Source of the DNA: an uncultured Verrucomicrobiae bacterium
GTDB lineage: Bacteria; Verrucomicrobiota; Verrucomicrobiia; Chthoniobacterales; JAFAMB01
Length of the DNA stretch: 64,000 nucleotides
NCBI GenBank assembly: GCA_963813025.1
Contig: CAWEXO010000012.1
Span: forward strand, 32,001 to 96,000
Direction: 5' to 3'
In this document: piece by piece, positions 30,381 to 40,647 of the stretch
Layout of the letters: each line of letters begins with the position of its first letter
Position numbering within the stretch: the stretch's first letter is position 1
Notes under the pieces: generated by a model
The model's database searches: none
The model's input: the letters and a program-made list of their open reading frames with translations, nothing else
What the model was told of the DNA's origin: nothing
Made by a program: the position numbers and the translations under genes

Positions 30381-31542
30381 GTGTACTGACTCTTAAGTCT
30401 CTTTAGGAAGTGAGGGGTTTGATGCTGCTTCCCAGGCGCGTTGAATTTTATTGAGAACTTCTTGGCCATCGGCGTGCCAGACGTAGCGTTTTGGTTCCAG
30501 GTTATGCTGCGCAAGGTAGAGGTTAATGGTGTCGACCAGTTCAGCGACTGAGCCGAAGCTGCCGGGCAAGATGGCTCGTTGACTCAGATCCCGGAAAAAG
30601 CTCTCTACCATGTTCATCCAGGAAGCACTGGTGGGGGTGAAGTGCAGGTGGAAGCGTGGATGACGTTCCAGCCAACGGCGGACGCTTTGGTGTTTGTGCG
30701 TTGGGTAGTTATCCACGATGAGGTGAATGCTTAAATCGCCCGCAATCTCGGCATCAACTTTCTTCAAGAACTTGAGCCACTCCGTACGCCGGTGGCGCGG
30801 CGCCACCTGACTGATGACTTTACCGCTGAGGTAATCGAGCGCAGCAAACAGGGTAATGGTTCCATGTCGGTAGTAATCGTGGGTGACGGTCCGCACATGA
30901 CCTTGGCCCAGTGGTAAGCCGGGCTGGCTGCGCTGCAAGGCCTGACACTGACTTTTTTCATCGCAACAGAGCACCACGGCCTTGTCGGGGGGATTGAGAT
31001 AAACTCCGATCACGTCCCAGAACTTGGCTTCGAACTCTTCGTCGCACGACAATTTGAAGACCCGCGTCCGGTGCGGCTTAATGTCGTTGGTCGACCAGAA
31101 GCGCTGCACCGTCGCTTTTGACACTCCCAGATGCCTGGCCATCGAACGGGTGCTCCATCGTCCCAGGCTCGCTGGCGGCCGGACTACCTCACTCAAGATT
31201 CTGCCCTTGAGCATCGGGGCAATGCGTTCTGGGCGCCCGCTGCGGGCCAAGTCGGCCAAACCTCCAATGCCTTCTTGGAGGAAACGCCCCCGCCAAAGCG
31301 TCACGGTTTGTTCGCTTGTGCCTAAGCGTTGGGCGACCTCGACGTTGTCCGCGCCGGTCGCGCTTTCGAGGATTACCCGCGCTCGGAAGACCAGCCGTTT
31401 TTGACTAGTGCCAGTTCTGGCCATGCGCTCTAACTCCTGCCGCTGCACTTCGGTGAGTTCCAATTTTGCTTTCGGTCGACCTGCCATCCATTTATCATAC
31501 AGCAGATCGCATAATATTAAAGACTTTTAAGAGACACTGCAC
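30381..31542 (-). mobile_element. Complete IS630 family element with TA target duplication
   Basis: Imperfect TIRs TA|GTGTACTGACTCTTAA and TTAAGAGACACTGCAC|TA flank the transposase. Confidence 0.9.
30393..31487 (-). CDS. IS630 family transposase
   Basis: HTH, CCDEKSQ, HDYYRHGT, IVDNYPTHK, HFTPTSASWMNMVE. Confidence 0.95.
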   Translation of the reverse strand: MAGRPKAKLELTEVQRQELERMARTGTSQKRLVFRARVILESATGADNVEVAQRLGTSEQTVTLWRGRFLQEGIGGLADLARSGRPERIAPMLKGRILSEVVRPPASLGRWSTRSMARHLGVSKATVQRFWSTNDIKPHRTRVFKLSCDEEFEAKFWDVIGVYLNPPDKAVVLCCDEKSQCQALQRSQPGLPLGQGHVRTVTHDYYRHGTITLFAALDYLSGKVISQVAPRHRRTEWLKFLKKVDAEIAGDLSIHLIVDNYPTHKHQSVRRWLERHPRFHLHFTPTSASWMNMVESFFRDLSQRAILPGSFGSVAELVDTINLYLAQHNLEPKRYVWHADGQEVLNKIQRAWEAASNPSLPKET

Positions 31543-31547
31543 TAGGT

Positions 31548-31756
31548 CGACCTCGGGGGGCGTTGGCCGGGCGAGCAGATCCGCCAGCAGGGATGTTGCC
31601 CACGGGGTCACGCGCTCCCAATCGTCAGGCTCGACCCCTTTCCTGCGGTAGTGCGGAGCGCCACCACGGGGTCACGGCCGAGAGTGCGCGCAGCGCGCAC
31701 GAGCGCCGCCAGACCGGGGCGTCGATGCCGTCATCATTGGTGAGCAGCAGCTTCAT
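31548..31756 (-). pseudogene. surE: surE remnant (frameshifted, internally deleted)
   Basis: Manual translation MKLLLTNDDGIDAP / PGLAALVRAARTLG, then HYRRKGVEPDDWERVTPWATSLLADLLARP. Confidence 0.7.
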
Positions 31757-32044
31757 TCGGAAGAGCTAAAGACGAACAAAAAATGTGGTCGCAGGCCCGT
31801 TTTGTAAAGCGGCAGCCGCCCACGGACGCGGGAGAGTGTGTGTGTGAGCATAAAAAGTTGTGGTGTGCTTCAGGGAGGGGCCGCCGGGCATTTCGGCGGT
31901 CTCCAAGCCTCGGTGCATGGCCCGGAACGCCTTTTCGAGGGTGCCGCTTCTAGCACATGAACCCGTACCGTCAGGAAGGGCTGGACGATGGAGTGGTTCC
32001 GGCGCATCAGCCATGCGGCAGCCTGACCCGACAGCGCTGACGAG

Positions 32045-32316
32045 AGCATTTCAAATCGAGGGCTACGCAGCCTATGATCAAGTCGGTGGTCCCCAAATAG
32101 TGCACGCAGCCTGTTGGGCGCAGCCAGACGCAAGTTTTCCAGGCAGTGGAACTCAATGCGCACGATCACACAGCGCTCGGGATTGTGGCAAAGCTCGACG
32201 AGCTTTTTGGCATCGATGCACAGGCGCGCGAACAGGGTCTGAGCCAGAGCGATCGGCAAGTGCTGCGGCTGGAAAAAGCCCAGCCGCTGCTAGAGCAGAT
32301 TAAGAGTCAGATCCAT
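32045..32316 (+). mobile_element. IS66 family transposase (TnpC) remnant
   Basis: Q.EGYAAYDQVG..IVHAACWAQ then LDELFGIDAQAREQGLS...RLEKAQPLL across a frameshift. Confidence 0.75.
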
Positions 32317-32731
32317 GCCGAGCTCACGCCTGCTTCCTGGCTGACCCAACATTAGTTGCCAGAACTACTGGAATTCGGCTCGGCGCCGACCATGTGTTAG
32401 TCGGACGGGTACTCTCATCAGGATTGGAGAACGGACCTTCCCGGTCGAGAACGTCTACAACATCGCATCCGGATAGGACGTGCTGGCAATCGCCCCTTGG
32501 GTATTTGACAGCGAAGCGTTGGCTCAGCCAGGCATGAAACATAGAGTCAAAATCTTTCTTTCGTCCGGCGGTCTCATCGTGACAAACAGAGGGCTAAAGT
32601 CGTATATCCACGTCCCCCCGCAGCCGGAATGCTTGAATAATCTGTCCTCTTTTGCTCTGGCGGCGTTGCCAAGCAAGAGGACAAACAGGCTCGGCTTTCT
32701 GACCTGGCGAAGCCCTTCGCGTTTCGGATAC

Positions 32732-33178
32732 TTAGTCCACTCGAGTCCAAGTGTAGTTTCGGCCAATAACCGCGACACCAATGAATCCCCGCAGTTTAAT
32801 CTTGTCTGGCCCCTGCAGTTCGACAAAACAGGAGTAGGTTTTGCCACTTTTCGGGTCATAGACCGTGCCATTCTCCCAGCGAGTGGCGCTCTTCTTCGTC
32901 AGGCCAGATATAAAAACAAGCCCGATGATCGGATGATTGCGTTTCCTTGGATCCGGATTGTAAATATCGCTCTTCTCTTTCCCGTCGGTCGTCTTCGGCT
33001 CGCTCAACTCCACGATCCTGGCACTGAGTTTGCCTTCACTTTCGAACATCGCAAAGGTGCCGTCTTCACCCTTCCAGAGTCCAACCGGGGATGCGGCATT
33101 AACCGCATCAACTGTGGTCGCCCCGAACCAGAAGGTGACCAGCACCAAGAGTAGATTCCGAAGTCGGGCGGCATTCAT
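32732..33178 (-). CDS. DUF2147 family exported protein
   Basis: Signal peptide, SPVGLW, D.YNPDP..R..PIIGL, WENGTVYDPKSGKTY, LRGFIG..GRNYTWTRV. Confidence 0.9.
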   Translation of the reverse strand: MNAARLRNLLLVLVTFWFGATTVDAVNAASPVGLWKGEDGTFAMFESEGKLSARIVELSEPKTTDGKEKSDIYNPDPRKRNHPIIGLVFISGLTKKSATRWENGTVYDPKSGKTYSCFVELQGPDKIKLRGFIGVAVIGRNYTWTRVD

Positions 33179-33675
33179 ATGTTTGTTATAGGTTCAAAAG
33201 GGAGCCGTTTCAGTTTAATGAAGATTCTATTTTGACTGTCTACGTTAAGTCATGAGTGCAGCCATCTGCCGCCCACTTAGAATCGAGCTAAAACCTAGAC
33301 CGAGTGACGCCGAAAAGTACCGGCCTTCAGAGGAGAGAAGGAAATTGCGCGAATAACGTTTTGGGGAATAATTCCCAATATTACTTTCCCACGAATCGTT
33401 GAACTTCTCCAATACCCATTTTAAAGCGTTATAATTGCTTGCGGGTATGGCAACAACGCAACATCAAAGTACTCCCAAACTCGATGAGCAGCTGGGGCCG
33501 GTGAAAGCGCGAATTAGACGTAGACTCTTGAAGCCTTTGCAGTTTTCCCGAGCAATATTAATTGCAGCAGTTGGAAAGTGGCGCAAGTTGTGGCTGAATC
33601 CGAGCGTCTGTCAAGCGAGGAATTCCTTTGGTGAAAGCTGCGATATCACAGCTGATGATTGAGTGACATTTGCGA

Positions 33676-34182
33676 ATGGCTCAAGACGTAACAACCCTGC
33701 TAAGAATAATTGAATCCGAGTCTGAAAGCCAACTCAAGGCCTATGCATCACTGGTGCTCTCGTTAGAGAAGCAGTTCATCTTTTTATTCGGCTTCATCCG
33801 GACCGAGAATGCCAATGCTTTGTTTAATGGCTTCCGCTGCCCCGATGAGAACAGGAAGGTTTTTCATTATCATTCTTTAAGCAACGCGGTCTGGGACGAT
33901 CAACAAGTGCCTCCGGTCATAACCGGCAATGTTCCCGGAAAGGGCACCCAGAAGGTCGAAGTGGGGTTAAGACCGGTTGCCGGTCGAATCGTTGGAACAC
34001 TGCTAGATGCCGAGCTCCTGGATCATATTTCCGCCAATCTTTACAAACGCGACCATGCGACCGCGGAGTGGCTCGTTGAACAAGGAGTCCCATTTTACCG
34101 GGAGATCACGCACGCAGGCGCCAAGATGCTAGTGCCTTCGCAATTTCCAGCTCTTCCGCCGGGATGGCGCGGAAACGACTGA
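33676..34182 (+). CDS. Hypothetical protein
   Basis: 168-aa ORF, protein-like composition, no recognised motif. Confidence 0.5.
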   Translation: MAQDVTTLLRIIESESESQLKAYASLVLSLEKQFIFLFGFIRTENANALFNGFRCPDENRKVFHYHSLSNAVWDDQQVPPVITGNVPGKGTQKVEVGLRPVAGRIVGTLLDAELLDHISANLYKRDHATAEWLVEQGVPFYREITHAGAKMLVPSQFPALPPGWRGND

Positions 34183-34323
34183 AGACAACTAGCCGCCCTA
34201 GCAGCACAGGGTCGGCCACCGAAGCCGCTCGCTCAGACTGAAACGCTGATTAAAAGCACAAGACCTGCCCGGCATGCGGCAAATCTCAATTTATTTGCGG
34301 AACAAAATAATTACCGCTGCCTT

Positions 34324-34608
34324 TTAATCATTATTGTGCCAACGGTGCGAGCGATAATAACGCTGATCGTGGCGGTAGGTGTAACGCCGGTAGGCGTGCT
34401 CACGGTTATAATAGGGTTGCCGCTGATAGTAGCCACGGTCGGAATACCCTGAACCTAACGAAATGGTAACTTGGGCTTTCGCTTCCGTCGGAATCAAAGC
34501 GGCGAGCCCAAGGACGGCTAGGAGCAAGAGCAGATATTGTTTCCTATAATCACTTTCTAGGCGTATTAGAAGACGCCATGACAGATGCTGCCGAGCTATT
34601 CCAAACAA
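34324..34608 (-). CDS. Small secreted Tyr/Arg-rich protein (true start probably near 34545, possibly mutated)
   Basis: KQYLLLLLAVLGLAALIPTEAKA signal peptide followed by a YY/RRY/RWH-rich mature part. Confidence 0.55.
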   Translation of the reverse strand: MFGIARQHLSWRLLIRLESDYRKQYLLLLLAVLGLAALIPTEAKAQVTISLGSGYSDRGYYQRQPYYNREHAYRRYTYRHDQRYYRSHRWHNND

Positions 34609-35374
34609 TCAGACAATAGTTCCTGTCATACTCAAAAACCACGGTAACGCGTTGATAAAAGTATGGGAGACACTAACCGATCGGGACGAGCTTATTATTT
34701 CAGCTTGGCGTTCGAACGTATAACAGGCACATGAACGCTAGAGCCAAATTTTGGCGTGGCGTTCGTCTTCCCGGTCTAACCAACAGTTATGACCGAAGCG
34801 CCGCTGCTACTTTAACAGGCAGAAGCTGGTGGCGATATTCCTAATCCAACAGGTCCCAGAGCCAACGATCCATGCTGTTCTTCGCCTCGGTACCCATCTC
34901 GCGAATCTGAAACACGTGAGGAGCATTGTGTTTGAGGAATCTCGCAGCCCAGATGAATTTAAACGACGGCGTTTCCCGCTCGTCCACAAAGGCGGGATCT
35001 CCGAGAATCAGTTTCACTGCCGCCTCCAGGCTAGGAGAATAGCAAAGTTTCCAGTCAATCTTGCCGTGCTCCCTTTCGTCAATCGTACCGAAATTTCCAT
35101 TTGGCATTAACACCTAACTATTTAAAACTACTTAAAGTCAACGCAATCCATGAGCTTCTCCAATACTCTTTTCGGATAGTTATCGGTGGTTTTGTGTATG
35201 ACAAAAGCCCGGAGTACGCCCAAAGCGACAAATCCCAGGGCTGGTGACGGTGAATATGAAAATGTGATTGACTACGCTGCCCTTGAACTTGCCGAGACAG
35301 TCGCACGGACTCTAACGTTCCGTAAGATTGAGGAGCACCTGACCGCCAAAGGGGAGCCGGCGAACAATCTTTAG

Positions 35375-35671
35375 ATACCAGCCGGTAGAATCCGGAAAGA
35401 GAAGATTTCAAAGGAGGCTGCAGAAAACGTTAAGGAGGGCATCAAGCACACCGCAGAGGACCTCGAGGAAGCGGCCTCTGACAAAATAGAAGGGTTTTCG
35501 CACGGCGGCAGAAAAACAGGCGAAAAGCTTCGGACAGCGTTCGAAGACGCGTGGTCTCAAGCGAAAGACTGGCAACACCGAGGTACCGAGCTGATCCGGG
35601 AGAACCCTGTGCAAGCGGTGGCTGTTGCGTTTGCGCTAGGTGTGGTCGTTTGGCTGTCAATTCGCAAATAA
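35375..35671 (+). pseudogene. DUF883/ElaB/YqjD-like tail-anchored protein lacking its own start codon
   Basis: AAENVKEGIKHTAEDLEEAA...ELIRENPVQAVAVAFALGVVVWLSIRK*; in frame behind TAG 35372-35374. Confidence 0.65.
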
Positions 35672-35704
35672 TTTAAGCATCCGTTACCATTAAGCGCACG
35701 TACG

Positions 35705-35750
35705 AGCTGGAATGAATTGAAGGGGGAAGCTCAAACAGGAGTACGCAAGC
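35705..35750 (+). pseudogene. Second CsbD fragment
   Basis: SWNELKG / KLKQEYA with one extra G in a G-run. Confidence 0.5.
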
Positions 35751-35754
35751 GCAC

Positions 35755-35955
35755 ATGAGTAGTTCAGCCGGGAATTTCATAGCAGCGCTTGCAAGCTTTT
35801 TTATTCCCGGTTTAGGACAGCTGATCCAAGGGCGGATCATCACGGCGCTGGCCTTCTTTGTTGTTAGCGTCGGACTTTGGTTTATTTTCCTTGGTTGCCT
35901 TGGGCATATCGTCGCTTGTCTCGAGGCCGCCTTTTGGCGGCGCCGGTCCGTTTAG
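35755..35955 (+). CDS. Small membrane protein (SFFIPGLGQL motif)
   Basis: 66-aa hydrophobic ORF with RBS caggag. Confidence 0.7.
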   Translation: MSSSAGNFIAALASFFIPGLGQLIQGRIITALAFFVVSVGLWFIFLGCLGHIVACLEAAFWRRRSV

Positions 35956-35987
35956 GCCCGGCAGCGGACGGTACCAAAGGAACCCCG

Positions 35988-38165
35988 ATGCCTAACACTC
36001 TTATCAACGTCTCCAATCGTTTGCCGGTTACCGTGGAAGAGGATCGACTCACCAAGTCTTCCGGTGGGCTCGTGGCTGCGCTGGAAGGCCTTCCCGAGGG
36101 ACAATACAAGACTAAGTGGATCGGTTGGCCGGGTGCTGCGTTTCCCGAAGAAAGCCGGCGACAGGAAATCGCGCGGAAGCTAGCCGAAGAACATGGCTGC
36201 TTCCCGGTGTTTCTCAGCGAAGAAGAAGCTACCGCATTCTACGAGGGTTTTTCCAATTCCAGCATCTGGCCATTGCTGCATTACCTGCCCAATTATCTGC
36301 GTTACGAACCTGCCTGGTGGGAACATTACCAGAACGTAAACCGGACCTTCGCTGAAAAGGTGCTCGAGACCGTGCACGAGGGCGATTTGGTCTGGGTCCA
36401 TGATTACCAACTCATGCTTCTCCCCGCGATGTTGAGAGCGGCGGCTTCCAACCTCAGAATTGGGTTTTTCTTGCACACGCCCTTTCCCGCCTACGAGATT
36501 TTCCGCTGTCATCCGCGCCGACGCGAACTGGTTGCGGGAATGCTGGGCGCGAACAGGATTGGGTTTCACGCCTTCGGGTATTTGCGGCATTTCTGCAGCA
36601 CCGTCCAACGGCTCCTGGGCATCGAAACGGAGCTCACACATATCCCGAGCGAAGGGCACATTACCGCCTTAGGCGTTTATCCGATCGGCATTAACGCGCC
36701 TAAGTTTGAGCAAACTCTCGACTCGGAAGAGTTTCACCAGCGTCGGGAGGAGTTCCGCCTGGCACACGAAGGCAAACGGCTTGTCGTTTCAGTCGAGCGC
36801 ATGGATTACACTAAAGGCATTCTGCACCGCCTTGAGGCCATCGACAATTTCCTGGCCGGATCGGACAAGATCGATGCGATCCGTTTCATCTTCGTGAGTG
36901 TACCTTCGCGCGAAGGGATCGAAGAATACCAGCATTTGGTAGAGGAAGTCGAATCGCGGGTCGGCCAGCTAAATGGCAAATACGCCACGTTGCTTAACAG
37001 TCCGATCCATTTCATCCATGGCTCGATCCCTTTTGTCGACCTGTGCGCATTGTATGCCTTAGCTGATATCGCCCTGGTGACGCCGCTGATTGATGGCATG
37101 AACCTGGTGGCCAAAGAGTTCATTGCCTGCCAGCGAGAAAACGCCGGACTACTGATTTTGAGCGAGTTTGCCGGCGCAGCCGAGGAACTCTTCAACGCCC
37201 TCCTCGTCAATCCTTATGACTCCGCGGCTGTGGCCAGGACCCTGACTGACGCCCTGGCTCTGCCCGTGGCGGAAAAGCGAAACCGTATTCTGCCGATGCG
37301 GGAGCGCGTCATGCGCTACGATGCCCGACACTGGGCGCGTTCTTTCATTGACGACCTGATGTCAGGCCCAATCAGCGATGCTCGCACGGTGGAGGCCGAC
37401 ATCAGAGATGCGCGCGAGCAAATCGGACAGGCTGTCTCGGCCGGTAAACGGATCGCTCTCTTTCTGGACTACGACGGCACGCTGCGCGAAATCGAACTTG
37501 ACCCCCGGGCGGCGACGCCGAATGCCGGCATTGAAACTTTGCTGCACCGGCTCGGCCAACAGCCGAACGTGGATGTTACCGTCATCAGCGGCCGTTCCCA
37601 GGAGGACATGGAAGCGTTTCTGGGCGGCCATACTTTCCGGCTCATCGCCGAACACGGCGCCAGCTTGCGGGGGCCGGGGAAGAAGGAGTGGAAACGATTG
37701 GATCGCAATATTAATTACGCTTGGAAGGAGGAGCTCCTGGCGATCCTGCGGCTTTACGAACAGGCAACTCCGGGCAGCACAATCGAGGAGAAACATTCTT
37801 CGATCGTTTGGCACTACCGGAAAGCCGACCAAGAATTCGGTGCTTGGAAAGCGAACCAGCTAACGGAAGAATTATCCGCGTTGACCGCCAACTACCCGAT
37901 TAAAGTGCGTTACGGCAAGAAGATTGTGGAAGTGACTGCAGCGGAAAATAATAAAGGGGCCGCCGTTGCCCGGGTGCTCGAGCAAAACGATAATTACGAC
38001 GTAGCCCTCTGTGCCGGCGATGACCTCACCGACGAGAGCATGTTTGAACTCAATAGACCGCGCTTGCTGACCATCAAGGTAGGCATCGGACCCACCCGAG
38101 CCCGCTTCAGGGTATCCGACCCCGCCACTTTCCGACAGTTTCTCGTCAGCCTGTTCGGTGACTGA
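35988..38165 (+). CDS. otsAB: Bifunctional trehalose-6-phosphate synthase/phosphatase
   Basis: VSNRLP, SSGGLV, WVHDYQL, FFLHTPFP, DGMNLVAKE, LSEFAGA; HAD domain FLDYDGTL, GDDLTDE. Confidence 0.95.
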   Translation: MPNTLINVSNRLPVTVEEDRLTKSSGGLVAALEGLPEGQYKTKWIGWPGAAFPEESRRQEIARKLAEEHGCFPVFLSEEEATAFYEGFSNSSIWPLLHYLPNYLRYEPAWWEHYQNVNRTFAEKVLETVHEGDLVWVHDYQLMLLPAMLRAAASNLRIGFFLHTPFPAYEIFRCHPRRRELVAGMLGANRIGFHAFGYLRHFCSTVQRLLGIETELTHIPSEGHITALGVYPIGINAPKFEQTLDSEEFHQRREEFRLAHEGKRLVVSVERMDYTKGILHRLEAIDNFLAGSDKIDAIRFIFVSVPSREGIEEYQHLVEEVESRVGQLNGKYATLLNSPIHFIHGSIPFVDLCALYALADIALVTPLIDGMNLVAKEFIACQRENAGLLILSEFAGAAEELFNALLVNPYDSAAVARTLTDALALPVAEKRNRILPMRERVMRYDARHWARSFIDDLMSGPISDARTVEADIRDAREQIGQAVSAGKRIALFLDYDGTLREIELDPRAATPNAGIETLLHRLGQQPNVDVTVISGRSQEDMEAFLGGHTFRLIAEHGASLRGPGKKEWKRLDRNINYAWKEELLAILRLYEQATPGSTIEEKHSSIVWHYRKADQEFGAWKANQLTEELSALTANYPIKVRYGKKIVEVTAAENNKGAAVARVLEQNDNYDVALCAGDDLTDESMFELNRPRLLTIKVGIGPTRARFRVSDPATFRQFLVSLFGD

Positions 38166-38339
38166 AATAAGTCGGAGTGGCAAAATTTTGACAACTCATC
38201 TCTATGTTGTGCCGATAATGGCGCACAAACCGATCACTGGGCCTACTCAATCACTCCAATACGCCGTCGCAATCTCCACCGTAATCTGACGGACTAAGCG
38301 TCATTTTGCTTCGCATGAGTTGCCTGGGGGAAAGAACGC

Positions 38340-39181
38340 TCACAAATCCGAAAACTGGAACGTCGGCTTAATTGTTTGAATCGTTTCTTCAATTTCCGCG
38401 AGCGCTTCAATCAGGGTCGGGCTTAAGTGCGCTAGCTTCGGAACGGCTTGTCCCAAGGTTTCTGCCATCGAGCGCAAAAGATTTCCCGTCGTACCGAAGT
38501 CACCTACGTAAAAAATCCGGTTTCTATCCCAAGCCTTGCCTTTTGCTTCTTCGCTGGTTGGTTCGCCGAAACGTATCTGGACAAGCTGACGAATTAACTC
38601 ACTGACCAGGTAACCGTCCCGGCCGTGATACTTTCTGTCTGCTCTGCGCAGCTTCTCCATGGAATTTATTGTCCAATCCTCGTAGTAAAGCTTTGCCGCG
38701 GTGAGAATCAATCGCTGACCTTCTTCGCTGGTCGCTAACTCCTCAATTATCTTTCCGAGCAGAGACTCGTAACAGCTCTCCGCGTTCTTGAACCGAGCGC
38801 GCAAATCCGGTGACTGATCATAGCGTTTTTCAACAGTGATGACCTGGACCGCGTGAATCATTTCTTCCCGAATCGCGGATCGAATCCGCCAGCGATAGCT
38901 GTAAATCTCGCTTTGCAGCAAGTCCCAATCTGCGAGCAATGGGTAATAAAGGCGACAATATTGACGTTGCCGAGGTTGCCCACGTTGTAGCAACAAGCAA
39001 AATACGGAGGTCTTTTCGGTTTACCGTCTCGGGTTCGGACTTTGACTCGGGATATCGAGAACCCAACCCCTAAAGCGTCCAAGCGGGGCTTCGATCGCCG
39101 AATTTCTTCAACCAAAATATCCCAGGGACAAGCCACTGCGAGGTCAGAATCTGGAGTAGCCTGCCATGGTAAAGTGGTCAT
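38340..39181 (-). CDS. Hypothetical protein, probably one gene split by a frameshift near 38945
   Basis: Overlapping ORFs 38858-39181 and 38340-38996; contains IREEMIHAVQ. Confidence 0.45.
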
Positions 39182-39242
39182 AGCTCTTTCTTGGGATTCT
39201 AACCTCGGCCTGGGCAGAGACCGTGGTCGCTGAATGCTACTA

Positions 39243-40366
39243 GTGCCTAATTGCGTAAGTTAGTTATATGTATGGCGACTTTCCCCTGATGTACCTGGGA
39301 TTTGGTCCATTCGAAGGGAGCCGCATTGTTATTGTAGTTCTTGATGAAGGTGTCGATGGCGTTGCGCAGCTCTGCCACGCTGGTGAAGTTTGCCCCCTGG
39401 AGGGCTTGGCGGCTCAAGATACTAAACCAGATCTCAATCTGGTTGAGCCAAGAAGCGTGGGTTGGAGTGAAATGAAAATGCACATTGGGGTGAGCCTTCA
39501 ACCAGCGATCTTGCTTTGGCTTATGGGTCGCAAGGTTGTCTAAGACCACATGAATTTCTTTGTCGAGATTTCCGGCAACTACCTGGTTCATAAACTCCAG
39601 GAATTCCCGTCGGCGCTGGCGCCGGTAATGACCAGCCTGCACTTGGCCGCTGGCAATGTTGAGGGCGGCAAAGAGAGTGGAGGTGCCATGGCGCTTGTAC
39701 TCGTGGCTAAAACCCGTCAGCGCCCTGCCATTGGGCAAGCGAATCCAACCTTGGGCTCTTTCCAGGGCTTGAATGGCTGGTTTTTCATCAATGGCCAAGA
39801 TGAGCGCATTCTGGGGCGGATTGAGATAAAGACCGACAATGTCAGCGGCCTTGCGCACAAACTCCGGATCGGTGGAAATGCACCAGCTGCGGCGCCGTTC
39901 CAATTCAATGCCTTGTTGGCGCAAAATGCGCCAGACTTGATCGGAGGAAACATCGGCCAGACTCTGCGCCAGCAGTCGCCCATTCCAGCGCCCGTAGCCC
40001 GCCGGTGGATCTTCATCCAGCAGCGCCAAGACCCGCTTGACCGTCATTTGATCATACTTGGCCGGCTTTCCACTGCGTGGCGCGTCTTCCAAGCCAGCCA
40101 GGCCTTGGCGCACAAAGCGCCGCCGCCATTTACTCACCGTCACCTCGGGAATGCGCAGGCTCTTGGCAATCGCACGTCCACTCAAGCCCGCTGCCGCCTT
40201 CAAGATAATCCGACTCCTGACCTTGAGCCGGTGTTCGACCCGTTGCGCTCGACTCCAACCCTCCAAGAGCTTGCGGTTTTCCACAGAAAGTTTGATGCAA
40301 CCCATTGCCATCCATCCAACAAATCATAATTTTTCATAAATATAAAGAACTAAAGCAACTAAGTAC
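39243..40366 (-). mobile_element. Complete IS630 family element with TA target duplication
   Basis: Imperfect TIRs TA|GTGCCTAATTGCGTAAGTT and AACTAAAGCAACTAAGTAC|TA. Confidence 0.88.
39247..40311 (-). CDS. IS630 family transposase
   Basis: AIDEKPAIQAL, HEYKRHGT, VLDNLATHK, HFTPTHASWLNQIEIWF. Confidence 0.95.
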   Translation of the reverse strand: MAMGCIKLSVENRKLLEGWSRAQRVEHRLKVRSRIILKAAAGLSGRAIAKSLRIPEVTVSKWRRRFVRQGLAGLEDAPRSGKPAKYDQMTVKRVLALLDEDPPAGYGRWNGRLLAQSLADVSSDQVWRILRQQGIELERRRSWCISTDPEFVRKAADIVGLYLNPPQNALILAIDEKPAIQALERAQGWIRLPNGRALTGFSHEYKRHGTSTLFAALNIASGQVQAGHYRRQRRREFLEFMNQVVAGNLDKEIHVVLDNLATHKPKQDRWLKAHPNVHFHFTPTHASWLNQIEIWFSILSRQALQGANFTSVAELRNAIDTFIKNYNNNAAPFEWTKSQVHQGKVAIHITNLRN

Positions 40367-40432
40367 TAGTCCACAGAGATCAGTCAACGAGTTCCAGACG
40401 TCGGACTTCGTGCACAGGCCAAGAACGGAGAC

Positions 40433-40446
40433 GGCACACTTTGTGC
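40433..40446 (+). promoter_or_regulatory. Possible sigma54 -24/-12 element
   Basis: cGGCACACTTTGTGCc (GG-N10-GC) about 200 bp upstream of the transglutaminase-like gene; imperfect. Confidence 0.25.
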
Positions 40447-40647
40447 CAATGGGGGCGACAAGATCATCTCTCGCACCGATCGAATCCTTCGACGTTCACG
40501 GCCGCCTTTCGGCCAAGCTGGGACCAGGAAAATGGATCCGGGGAGCCTGCGTTCATTATTGATGTTTATATTTATCGTTTTCGGGGAGTGGAATGAACTT
40601 TGCTGAACTTCCAGAGGGGAGACATAAAAGATCCTTACGCGAATCAC

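Noticed and set aside
29762..30514. 250-aa ORF as annotated in the track
   Set aside because: The N-terminal part runs through the IS630 end and non-coding DNA; only 29762-30025 looks protein-like.
30381..40366. Composite transposon formed by the two IS630 elements around otsAB
   Set aside because: The two elements have clearly different transposases and TIRs, and each has its own TA duplication, indicating independent insertions.
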